Origin: Blepharisma stoltei ATCC 30299 | Taxonomy: Eukaryota; Protista; Ciliophora | Reading direction: 5' to 3' | Assembly (NCBI GenBank): GCA_965603825.1 | Contig: CBFDEM010000061.1 | Location: forward strand, 62,001 to 126,000 | Length of the DNA stretch: 64,000 nt | In this document: positions 13,601-25,593 of the stretch, piece by piece | Position numbering within the stretch: the first letter of the stretch is position 1 | How the letters are laid out: the number at the start of each line of letters is the position of its first letter | Program-made: the position numbers and the translations under genes | Notes under the pieces: generated by a model | The model's input: only the letters and a program-made list of their open reading frames with translations | What the model was told of the DNA's origin: nothing | Database searches by the model: none

Positions 13601-15812
13601 AGCATTCAAAAAAAGCTGTTTTCAAACAAGTCGAGCAGAATATATCACAAAATTCACAAGACTGTGACGAAGAAACCCAGAAAGCATTAGTATCACAAGT
13701 ACAGCCCCCAGCACCATCATCGACAGCATTTGTAATACAAGTTAAGCATGAGCCTGTCCCTGAAAATGCTGTGCAGGTATCACATTCTTTCGTTTCGCAT
13801 AGTCTGCAGGAATCAGAATTTTTGCATCCTTTAGTGCAAGTACTCATACAGTCTTTGCATGTAGAACCATCATAATATTGATTAATTAAGCAATCATCTA
13901 GGCAAACGTAATCTTCTGCGCACTTAATACAAGTTCCTGAGCATCCTGTAGTTGAATATCACTGTGTTCATATGGCTGTATCAACGGCAAGTTTAACTTT
14001 TCATGCAAATCCAGTAAATCCTGAGCTGTAGTGCCCTAAATATAAATTTCCTGATAAGCTGTCTAATAGAAAAAGAGGAGTCGTAGTTGAGGAAGTGACC
14101 TGATTGGCTGTATCGATATAAGAGTTTACAGTTGTGGTCCCATCAGTGTTAATAATGCATTCAAATGAAACGTAAAATCAATAATCCAAGACGCTTGAGG
14201 CTCCGGTAACTGAGAGAGTTGTTGAGGAATTTGAGAGAAGAAAGTAAAATTTTGGCTCCCCTGAAGGCAAAATTTGAACAAATCACTGGGTTGTGGTCGA
14301 TACATATTTGATGAGAACGAAACCTCCAGTAATAGTCTTTATTCAGGCCCCAATAGAGCTAGAAGGAGAATGCATATAAATTGTTTTTAAATAGCTATTA
14401 GAGTTGAAATAGTAGCCTCGATTATAAGCTGGATAAGGGTCATTAGGGTCATAATTTGGGTATGAGTTGGTATTTGACGACCCTACGTCTACTCCAGAAA
14501 TGGTGTCTAGAAGTATGATTTTGGGAAATTGAAAACTATATGCAGTAGTCCCACTAAAAACACATTTATTTGTTGAAGAGTCAGGGGTGTATCCTGTTGG
14601 GCATTCAGTGAGACATTGTATTTGAAGAAAGTAATAGCCAGTTTGGCAGCTTTTACATTCGTGATAGCCGCCTCCTGTACAAGTTTGGCATCCTGTTGAG
14701 CAGACGATGCGGGAAATTTTAGATATTTGAGAATTAGAAATGTGATCTGTGCACATTGATAAAGAATAACCGTAGCATGAGCTGCAATCTGAGGAAATAC
14801 AAAAACTACAGCCACCTCTAATACACCAAGGCCAAGTTGGACAGCCAGCTTCACAATTTTGACAAGCAGATCCATCTCAATATTGATTATCAGCACAATC
14901 AATAGCGATAGTCATAATCCCATAGTTTATATTGCTATCAGCTCTTGCTTGAATCCAATAAATAAACCCTCTAAATGAGTTGTCTCCTCTTGTACTTCCA
15001 AAAGTTCATGTATAAGTTTCAATTGGAAAACTTATTTCAGAGCTGCTTAAACTTGTTGTTCCAGCCTCATTCCCATCTATATAAAAGGTTATGGAGCCTA
15101 AATCACAAGACAACTGTGACAGAGAAACTGAGAGTGAGTGCCAAGATAGCGAATATTTAGCAGAGGAGGCTCCAGATACTGCTATTTGAGCCCCATTGGA
15201 GTTAAAAATTAACGCACTTATTTTATAGTAGCCAGAGCTATCTGCTCATATCCTCACATATTGTGTTGAATTTATTTGTATATTTAAAATGTCTCCACTT
15301 CCCAAAGGCTTGATTATCAAATTTAAAATAAAATAAAGGCCAGGTGTATAGCTCTGATTGCTAGTCATACTTGATGTGGTAGCAAAATAAAAGCCACGAT
15401 CTAAAGTCGGAAGCGGAGAAGTCATACTTGATGTGGTAGCAAAATAAAAGCCACGATCTAAAGTCGGAAGCGGAGAATTTTGTGTTCCAGAAATATATGG
15501 GACTCCTCCTGGGTTCACGAATTTCTTGTTAGAATCATTTAGGTCTGACACATAAGTTAAAGTTAGATCTTGGACCTTTGATAATATTAATGTGAATAAA
15601 ATTGCATCGCTGCCAGTAGGCTTACTGCAGTAGTTAAAATATCCTACATCAAAATGCTGTTGGTAGAAATAATAAAGTGTAGGACATCCAGGAGCACATA
15701 CTTTGGAATCAACCATAAATTTAGGGTTATTACACCCAGATTCTCAGCTATCGTATGGGCAACTTGAAGAAGTCAACACAATTTGGGAGATAACAATAAA
15801 AATAAGGCTCAT
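7695..15812 (-). CDS. Giant LamG/furin-repeat multi-pass membrane protein, paralog B (~2,705 aa; 6 LamG-like modules; TRP_C/FLC-like C-terminus)
   Basis: ATG at 15812 gives MSLIFIVISQIVLTSSSCPYDSWESGC. Ten ORF fragments between 15246-15716 and 7695-8291 share one frame and join through TGA. Ends TAA TAA. The C-terminus has ~8-9 hydrophobic segments with NSLQILSY, FFYEFR and YYFVFFARRL motifs. Confidence 0.88.
15364..15477. repeat. Exact 57-bp tandem duplication inside gene B (SPLPTLDRGFYFATTSSMT x2)
   Basis: 15364-15420 and 15421-15477 are identical. Paralogs A, E and G carry a single copy. Confidence 0.95.
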
Positions 15813-16186
15813 AGTGCTTATTATTTAAATTGGATAAATAATAATTTTTATGATTTGTTTTAATAAAAGAATAAGATATAAGTGTTTGGAAGCCTAGTGA
15901 AGGATTATGGAAAGTCTAAATATAACAATAATTTATTTATTCTCTGTCTTTAACTGTCACAAATAATAAGGGATAATTTACAGGAAAATTCTGATTGTGA
16001 GATGCTATGATAAAAGTGAGGTAAATAGGAGAAGTAAAGATGTAACCGAACATATTAACTAAGGTATAGAATTTAACCAAAATTCAATAGAACAGTACCC
16101 TGAGATTTTCATATTTTATTATGGGATAATTTCTATCTAAAAAAATTTCAGGATGGGTTGAGGAATTCTAAGGTATCATCCCCTGT

Positions 16187-16562
16187 GCTGGAGTTTTATT
16201 TTCTGAGGAAAATTTACTTGAGCTGAAATCAAGCCAAGGAGTAGAGCTTCATATGTTTAGATACACTAATGAAAATCCCTGTGCTTCAGTCTTCATTTTC
16301 ATTGCTGGTTTTCAGCTTCAAGCAGCTATTATCATTTTGCCCATCGATTTGAGCAGTCAAATTTTACAGCTTTTGCATTTGACCAATGAGGATATGGAAG
16401 AAGTGGAGCTGCAAGAGGAGAGGTAAGAGATATAAGCGTAACATTAGGCTAGGTGTTGAGTTTATAAAGAAAATAAGATAGCAATATTCTGATTGTCTCT
16501 CTGTATTTATTACTGGAGAAAGCATGGGTGGATTAGTATGCATAGAAATTTCCTTAGATTAA
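16187..16562 (+). pseudogene. Decayed alpha/beta-hydrolase (monoacylglycerol lipase/lysophospholipase, Hydrolase_4-like), N-terminal half
   Basis: Reads LKSSQGVELHMFRY...VFIF / YHFAHRFEQSNFTAFAFDQ(W)GYGRSGAARG (16381; cf. D-x-RGHGRS) / VFITGESMGGLVC (GxSxG at 16515). Has two frameshifts, an in-frame TAG at 16479, and ends at TAA 16560. Confidence 0.75.
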
Positions 16563-17193
16563 TATATAATCTTATATTTTTTGCTTATTATTTATATTAT
16601 AATATGATCTTTTTCTGAAGGGCTAAACAAGCCAGCTCTTTTAACTGCGTTTTCTGATATTATCAAACAACCCTATTCATTCAATGCATGAGTTCATCCA
16701 ATCAAGTCTTTGATAATTCTGCCAGAAGGCCTCATGATCTGCGTTTTTTGCTGTTTATCTTTCCTGCATAAATAGCCAACTATCGTGAGTGCTCAGCAAT
16801 AAAACCTATTTCTCCCATAATCCAAGGGCTGCCTCCTTAGCATACGCACTATGCGCTCCTCATATATAAACAATTATCTTTTAGACCCCATCTTTGGTGT
16901 GAGAAAATTCTAAACTAGCAAAACCAATGCTGCTTTAATTTAACAAACTACTATCAGGTTTTACCAAATAGAAATCTTCGCATCCCAATAATCGGACTAT
17001 TCATGATAATAAGTATAGCTGGATAAAGAGTTACTGGAAAAAAGGATCATATTAAAATTGCCAAGAAGAGAAAGTTATCCTTAAAAATTTCTCCAAAAAC
17101 ACCCTTAATATTATTTCAAATATTTCATCAATAAATTTTTTTAATTCTTAATGTCTAATATTGATTTGTTTCAACAATTATGCCATTATGATA

Positions 17194-20100
17194 ATGAATT
17201 TTATTCAGATTATTATCTCCAAAGCTGTGCTCATCTGGTCATTTAGTCTACATGGCAACTATGATTGAGGAATAAAGCCTGGTCACTTTTATATTGATCA
17301 TCCTCCCCTATTTAATTGAATAAGCCAGAATATTAGTTTCAGCATTTGTACAATAATAAGCGAAGGTAAGGCAAATTCTTTTGAAATGAATTTTTCAAGT
17401 GTTCAAGATTTAGCAGCTAAAAATTTCTTATTCTCAAATAATTCTCCTCAAAAAATGTTTATTCAAACCCTTGCTTCATTCCACCCTAAGCAAGCTCTGA
17501 TAACATCTCCCAATAAGAAATTTTATTTTGACGCAGCTCCAAGCATTTTTGATAGAGAAAAAGCTTCAAATTCTTATATATCGACTTCAAACGTTTTCTC
17601 AGATTTTTATAATGCAACTTATCGTTTAATAGCGTTTTATATATTTCTGTTACTGTTTACTGGCAAAATTCTGGATTTAGCAAATAGAGGCACCAAGCTG
17701 ATTATTATAGCTGGTCTCATAGCAAAAGTTTATTGTGTTGCCTGTGGTTCTGGCTCTTTCTCATACCAAAACATATTATGTTTATCATATTGTCCTACAG
17801 GATATTTACAAAATACAGGCACAAATGCCTGCGATTTAAACACTCTTCTTGCGCTTACCATAAATTTAGATAATAAGATTATTCTTGACCAAAGAGGAGG
17901 GGTTTTGGTAGGAAATTCGATAACTAATACTTATCCAACTTATGATGCAAATGATCCTTATCCAGTTAAATCGAGAGGCTACTACTTTACATCTAATAGT
18001 TATTTAGCATATCCTTTTATGCTTGCTCCAACATTTTCAATTGCTGTTTGGCTAAAGGCTTTATCAGAAGGAATAGTTCTAGTCAAGCATATACCATCAT
18101 ACCAATGGATTTTGGAAATTTCCTCAGGATATCCTACGCTTTCCCTGCTTATGTCAGATTCTTTAACTACAATTTCAGTAGCAGGAAGCTCTAATGTCCT
18201 GAATGGATGGTCCTTTGTCTCATTTGATGGCTACATAAATCCTGACGGGACCACAACAATAAGCTCTTATATTGATGGATCATTCTTACAATCTTTCACA
18301 ACAGCAACTGCATTGTATATGCAAGACAGCGTTTCAGGAAATGTATACATAGGAAATGATTTTATTGGATTTACAGGCTTTATTTGGAATATGAGAGTTT
18401 ATTGCTTAAATAATCATTACTTAGATGAATGGCGAACACCAGGATGCACATCACCCTGCACAAAATGTCCAGCTGATTTAAGTTGTCCAAGTGATTGTCC
18501 TTTAGATAAGTATATTGATGGCTCATCTTGTAAAGACTGTAAAACAAGCTGCAATAAGGGATGCGTAAGTTCTGCTACTTGCAATTTATGTTTGACTAAA
18601 GAATGCGCTACATGCACAGCATTTTCAGGGACAGACTCATGCTTGACTTGTATTACAAATGCTGTTAGTGATGGATCAGGAGGCTGCGCTTGTGATACAT
18701 ATGCATTTTGAATATCTCTAACTCAGTCATGTGAAAGATGTGATGTGCTTTGCCAGAATTGCCTAAAAACAACTTATTTTGAATGCTCATTTTGTAGATT
18801 TTCAAGGCTTATATGGAGTTTTGACAACAGGAACCAGTTCATCATCTTTTCAGTTTTTTAACACTCCAGAATCAATTGACCCTATTCCAGCCTATATGAG
18901 AGGCTTATATTTTGATGGGAGTACTTATCTTTTATCATCTATATCAATACTCCTTTCTCATAGCTTTTCTATTGGATTATGGCTATATGTAACAGCGAGT
19001 GGGGATATATTGGAAAAACAAACTCGGCTTATTTTATCATCATCAGGAGTTACAGCTATTATGGAAGATCCTACTCAAGCCACAGCTTCTAGAGCTTTGT
19101 CTTCTGGCACAACACTTAGTGATTGGAATTATTTGTCAGTTACTTTTGCATATTAATCTGGTAGTACAGCTATCACAATCTATATTAACAATGTTTTAGC
19201 TTCAACCCTATCAGTTTCAAATTATATTTTTAGAGACCTTGCTTCCACAAACTTAATGGTTGGCAAAAGCAGCTCGTCCGGGTTTGCAGGCTTTATTAAC
19301 TCTTTTCAGCTCTGAAATGCACCAATCAGCTCTTTTTCAAGCTATATTAATGCTGTGTGTGGATCAGGGCACGCTTGCTTATGGTCATGCGATTTGTCTC
19401 ATTATTGAAGCGAGTCTTCTTATTTATCCTGCAATTCATGCAGCAAAGGCTGCGTTAGAGCCATAAATTGCAATATTTGTGACGATTCATTATGCTTAAT
19501 ATGTGCTGGCTTTGGAGCAGGAAAATGCACCCAATGTGTTTCTAATGCAATTGGAACTCCATGCACATGCATTGCAGGATATATGACCTCTTTTGATGGG
19601 TCTTCCTGTGTAGCATGCTCGAACGGGTGCTCGCATTGCACAGATACAGCTTATAACACATGTAGCGCTTGCAATAAGGGGTTTTATTTTTTTCCTCCAA
19701 CTAGACAATGCTTAAATAGCTGCCCATCTGGGTATAGCGCTTTCCCGAGGATGGCGCGGAATGGCGCCATCCTCGGGAAAGCGCTATATAACACAGGGAT
19801 AAATACTTGTGATTACTCAGTAGATTATGGAATTAACCTTGATTTAACTGATAAGATCAGTCTTAATACTGTTTCTGGGTTTAATGTAGGCTGAGACGTC
19901 GCCAATACTTATCCTTACTTTACTGATGTCAATCACCCAATTCCTTCTTACAAGCGAGGCTATTATTTTGAAGCAAACAGCTATCTGTTGTCGTCAGTTG
20001 TGATTGCGCCAGCCTTTACAATTTCTATATGAGTAAAATCAATTGTGAATGGGATTATTTTGTCAAAACACCTTTCCAGTCCAATTCTTACAATTTCTAT

Positions 20101-23100
20101 AGACACTTCAGGACATCCATCTTTATTAATAACCTTTTCTGACTCCTCATCAGCCGCCTTATCTACTTCTACTAGCATATTTAACAGCTGACATTTTTTA
20201 AGTTTTACAGGACAAATCCAAAGTAACGGCAAAACGCTTCTAAATCTTTATATTAATACTACACCTATAAATTCTTATACAACTACAACTTCAATATGCT
20301 TTGAAGACCTCTTAGGAGAAATTTATGTTGGAAACGACCAACCATTAGGCTTTGCTGGGTTTGAAGGATTTTTATCTAGAATCATGATATATAACTCTTA
20401 TAGCCACCAGGCTGATGATTATAAAGTTTCTTCATGCAGCTCTGGGTGTTCTGCTTGTCCATCAAATTTTCAATGCTTAAGCGAATGCGCCTTTAATTCA
20501 TATCCAGATAGCTGCAGTTCTTGCTTACCAGGTTGTAATAAAGGATGTGTTGATAATTTATCATGCAGCCTTTGCAGAGATAAAGAATGTCCGGCTTGTG
20601 ATAATTTTACAGGGGAATGCGCCAGCTGTATTGCAAATGCTGCTAAAGTAAATGGACATTGTAAATGTGTTGCTGGAGCTGGGTGGATTTTGAGTTCACA
20701 AACCTGCGAGTTTTGTCATTCTATTTGTGATAATTGCTCTACAGTTCAATTTGATGGCTGTCTTACTTGTATATCAGGGTATTATCTTATTCAATCGTTA
20801 TGCATGCCATTTTGCCCTACTGGATATGTTATAAATGGCAGCAATTGTGATAGAGCTCCTGGTTATGCGAATTATTTAGTGTTTAATCTGATGCCTCATC
20901 AAATAAAAGACATTGTGACAGATTTAGCATCAAGTATTCCAGTCCTTACAGGCAAAGATAATAATTTTTATCCAAATTATGATACAACTGATCCTATAGC
21001 TACTATTTATAGAGGATATTATTTTACTGGGTCATCTTATATGCAGCTACCCCCCTACACAGGCACTTCATCACCGTTGTTTACTTTTTCTCCAAAGTTT
21101 GTGATGACAACCTGAATAAAGCCAATATCAAGTACTGGAACTATTTTTTCTAAAGGGCAAATCAGCGGTGGGACATTTAAAAAATATGTCAGTTTTGAGC
21201 TCATAGGAAAAATGCCATCTCTAGCTTTGACCCTAAAAGGTTCAACTATCATAGCCTATGCAAGCTCCAATCCACTATTAGAAGTAACTCTTTTACAATG
21301 GAGTTTTCTTTTCGTAGAATCTAGTATAAGTGGAACTCCACCTCAGCAAATCATTACCTTACAAACAAACTCAAATTCAGATTTTTCAAGCAGCTTGCCT
21401 TCCAGCTGATTTATTGATTTGCAGAATTCATTTTTAATTTCAATTGGAGTTAGCTACCTAGATGCTTCCACACTTACATCATTTTTCAACGGTTTCTTAT
21501 GGGATCTTAAAATATATAATGATATTCCATCAAGTGCTTTAGTTTCAAGTACTTGCAATACTTGCTCATTATGCCCAATTGATAATGCTAATACTTGTCT
21601 GGATAGCTGCTTAATAGACAGTTATTGGAATGGTAACAGCTGCTTGGCCTGCTTAACTGGATGTTCAAGTAAAGGCTGTGTAAGAAAGGATTTAAATTGT
21701 AACCTTTGCCAAGATGTCATATGTGAAAAATGCAACGACTATACAAGTACTTGTAATAAATGCAAAACAAATGCAAGCTTAGTAGGGACAAGCTGCCAAT
21801 GCAATTCTGGGTATTATTGGAATGATAGCAACGAAAGTTGTGAGCTATGTGATATTTCATGCAAATCATGCACGTCTCCTAATTGGTATGATTGCTTGGC
21901 GTGCTATAGTGGGTATTATAAGGTTTTAGGAAGTTGCACATCAAGCTGTCCATCAGGCTATACTTCTTCATCTGCAGGTGTGTGCATAATTTCTCAAGAA
22001 AAAATATTTGATTTAAATTTGAATACTTTGAATGGAGTAGTTTATGATAAAGCTAGTTTGATTCCAGTTGTAACTGGATCAACCAAAGAATTTTATCCAG
22101 ACTATGAAGCTGATGACCCTATCCCTGCTTACCTAAGAGGATTCTATTTTAATGGAGAATCTTCACTTTTAAGGATGCCAGAGTACTCAACCTATAATTC
22201 GCCAAAGCTTGTTATAGTCCCTTCCTTCACTATTTCTATATAGCTTAATACTGAAAAATCTTATTCAGCTATAATTTCAAAGCACAATATTTCTGATAAT
22301 TACTCAACTATTTACTATATCTCTCTAGTAGAAGGCAAGCCAACATTTTCTTTTTTAATAAGCTCATCTGCGTTTTTTTATATGTCGCAAAAATCGCTTA
22401 ATAATTATGAATGGAGCCATATTGTATTTACTTTGAAAATAGACAGTGGCTATAATATAATATCAAGCTATATAAATGGACTATCTGACTCTTCTACAAT
22501 GACAGGATATGGAACTTTTTATGATATAGGTCCTCATACCACAATGGCTATAGGAGCTCAAGTTAGCTCTTCAGCAGTTTATAATTATTATCAAGGCTTT
22601 ATTTATACTATTCAGATTTTTAATGCAGTAAAGCCTATATCAAGCCTGTCAATTACATCTTGTACTGAAAGCTGCAGTGTTTGTCCTATTAGCCAAATCT
22701 GCATACCTAACTGCAAAATAAAAGAATATTGAAGCGGCCCAGCCTATAACAAATGCTATAGTTGTAATATTAAATGTAAAAACAGCTGCAGAGACTGACG
22801 AAATACTTGCTCACTTTGCGATGATTTATTATGTGAATCCTGCAATGATTATTCAAGCTGTGAAGCTTGTAAAGAGAATGCTGCTAACCCTGATTCATGC
22901 ACCTGTGATGATAGTTATGCACTTGATGATACCCAAAGTAATACATGCATTCCAATTGAGCCTGGCGGATTCAAAGGGGAAGATGGGCACTCTCATAAAT
23001 GTCCAAATTTATGCATATCTTGTGAGTCTCTTACAAAATGCACAGCTTGCTCAAGTAATGCTAGTCTTAAAAACGACCTATGCTCTTGCAACTTAGGATA

Positions 23101-24566
23101 TAATGGAATAGAAAGTTGTAGTTTAGTCTCTTTTTCAGCAAAGCTTACAGTTTTGGCTGATGACTCTTTATATCTGACTTTTTCTGAAAGTCTAGTAAAA
23201 GATCTAACTACTTCAGATTTTGTTATAATAATTGGAAATCGAGTAGAACCTTCATTTAAATTAGAGAAAATAAGTGGCATATGCTACTATATTTCTTTAG
23301 TAATTACTGAGGAAATTTCCCAAGATACTTTAGTTACTATACAATTCTTTAACCTACCAAAATTAATATCGGTATCAAACGGTATCTTAAATTCATCAGA
23401 GATTTCTGCAAGCTTAAACTCATATGATCCAGCATCATATTCGACAGTTACTAAGTCAGTCTCGTCTAAATCTCAAACAGCATCTCAATCAACTGTATCT
23501 GTAGTTGCTTCTATGTCAATTATAAATTCAAGTCCAAGCTCTTTATGAAGCCTGATGAACACTTTGCAAATTCTGAGCTATATGACTTTATCAGGAATCC
23601 CTTTTTCAAAAAAAATGAGATCATTTTTGAATAATTTGAATTCTTTTAGTTTATTACCTAACGTTTTCCCATATTTTATAGATAAAAACAAAGGAAATAC
23701 TCCATACTCTCAAGCTAAAGAATTTGGATTTGACACTGATTTAATCCTAATAAATCAAGGAAATTATTTTACATTGCTTTTAGGCTCAATTGCAGCTCTA
23801 CCTTTAATTTTATATTTTTCACGATGCTCTAATAGATGGATAGGTAAAAAATTTACAAAAAGATTGAAAGATTATCAATATGCCTTTTATTTCAGGTTTT
23901 TGATTCAATGCTATCTTGAGTTAGGAGCAGCTGCATGCATTGGACTTACAATTTTAGAACTTAGCAATATTACACGAATTGCAAATTTTGCTTTGTGTTT
24001 ATCTCTTTTCATATTACTAATAGTTACTCCAGGTGCATATTTTATGTTTTCTTATAAAAATAAAGCCCGCATTATAGCCCGTGAGAAAGCATTTTTTGCC
24101 TCATTTTTTTTATGAGTTTCGAGCAGATAAAGGACTGATAGCAACCCAATACTATTTTCTATTTTTTGCGAGAAGGCTAGTTTATATAATAAACTTAATT
24201 TATTTGAGAGATTATCCACAAACCGAAGTGACTGTGAATATTGTTCTTTCCTTTTTAACTATAATGCACTTAGCTTACTGCTGACCCTTTGAAGACCAAA
24301 TTTTGCAAATAACCAATTTAGTGACTGAAATATTGATTTTCTTAATAATGATCGCTACATCGGCTTTTTTATTTAATTTTGAGCAAGAAGTTATAGAAGC
24401 GATTGAGGATTCTATTATCATAATTGTTATAGCTATTATAGCAATCCAAACAATTTCTTCAATAATTATTTTTTCTAAAACTTTATACCAAACTATAAAA
24501 AGAAAGTTAGTGAAGTCAGGAATTGTCAAAAAAATCAATAATCGTAATAGAATAATTAAAATGTAA
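17194..24566 (+). pseudogene. Disrupted LamG/furin-repeat membrane protein, paralog C (sister of F)
   Basis: Starts MNFIQIIISKAVLIWS. Lesions: net 110-bp deletion versus F at ~18790 (frameshift); TCA>TAA at 19154; TGG>TAG at 22241; net 8-bp deletion/frameshift at ~24104; palindromic insertion at 19733. Otherwise collinear with the other paralogs down to TAA 24564. Confidence 0.85.
19733..19788. repeat. 56-bp TA-bounded palindrome (25-bp perfect arms, 6-nt loop); IES/MITE-like insertion
   Basis: TATAGCGCTTTCCCGAGGATGGCGC-GGAATG-GCGCCATCCTCGGGAAAGCGCTATA. 33 of 56 bases are G/C in an AT-rich context. Absent at the homologous CPSGYxxN site of paralogs A, E and H. Confidence 0.92.
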
Positions 24567-25012
24567 TAATTGAGCAGAATGAAAATCTTTGAATATTTAA
24601 AAGTTTTAAAATTTAGCCATAATTATAGCTAAAACCCAGTAAAGCATAGGCTCTAGACGTTTGACTTTTGACGCAAAATAATCTATTGATGAGATCTTAT
24701 AAAATATATATTTTAACAGGTTTTTATTTTCTAATTTGTCAATATTATTTGGACTAAAAAAGTTCAAGATAAAAATAAAGTTGCATTTTAAATAAATTAA
24801 ATTAAAAATATTTATTTCTTTATAACTAGCAAACTAGCTTCAATCATTTTTTAAATACTTTTAAATTAAAGATAAATTGTTTAAAGCCAACATATATATT
24901 TATTTTAATACTTTAATTTGAAAGCAACTGGAATAAACCCGAGAAGCATTTCAAAAATCCCATTTTTAAACAATTATTCAAATTTCATGAATTAAATTTT
25001 TATCTCTAAACA

Positions 25013-25354
25013 ATGATTATTATAACTAAATCAAAACTAAATATATGTAATGCATTGACTGAAATCTCAATTTTATTAATAATGAGCTCCACATCAGTTT
25101 ATTTATTTAACTTAAATCAGGGAACTATTTCAGAATTTGAAAGTGTCATAGCAATTACAATAACAGCTATGGTGATCCAGGCATTTGCTTCAATAGCTAT
25201 TTTTACGAGAGCACTATATGAAATTATCCACCGTAAGCTGACCAAAGGGGGGATTGTGAGAAGAAATATTAATATGTATAAACCTCATTTCAAAAAAGTA
25301 ATTATGAGTAATTGAATCAGAGATTTCTCTTTAGATTCCAATTTTGAATTATAG
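25013..25354 (+). pseudogene. Orphan fragment: last two TM helices and tail of a giant-family paralog
   Basis: CNALTEISILLIMSSTSVYLFNL...VIQAFASIAIFTRALYEIIHRKLTKGGIV aligns with the family C-terminus. With TGA=W the frame runs to TAG at 25352. No upstream family sequence. Confidence 0.78.
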
Positions 25355-25593
25355 CAGATACTAACTCTGGCTGTAAGAGCAGAAACTGAACTCAGTCCAT
25401 CAATCCAAACTCTGAAACTTCCACAATTTATAATGATCTCTCTTATTTCAATAAGGACCCTAGTTTTTATTTAATAGTAAATTCATAATTCTTCTTGATG
25501 CCAATAACCTATTAATCTATCATGATAAAATTATACATATAGAAGCTCTAATTTATATAAGGAAAAGATTTATTTAGACGAAGCCTAATTATT

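Larger units (their letters stand above)
17117..25000 (+). repeat. Segmental duplication unit (gene C plus flanks), sister of ~43801-49758
   Basis: The 5' flank caaatatttc.tcaataaa...attgatttgtttca and the 3' flank taactagcaaactagcttcaatc...agaagcatttcaaaaatcccattt...catgaattaaa are shared with the flanks of F. Confidence 0.8.

Noticed and set aside
15900-16110. Possible TPR remnant (NNKG...CYDK...) upstream of the lipase relic
   Set aside because: Too short and degenerate to support by eye.
24095-24115. Programmed frameshift at the T8 run in C
   Set aside because: Better explained by a 9-bp microhomology deletion (CATTT) plus one extra T, in a copy that already has nonsense mutations. A homopolymer sequencing error is also possible.
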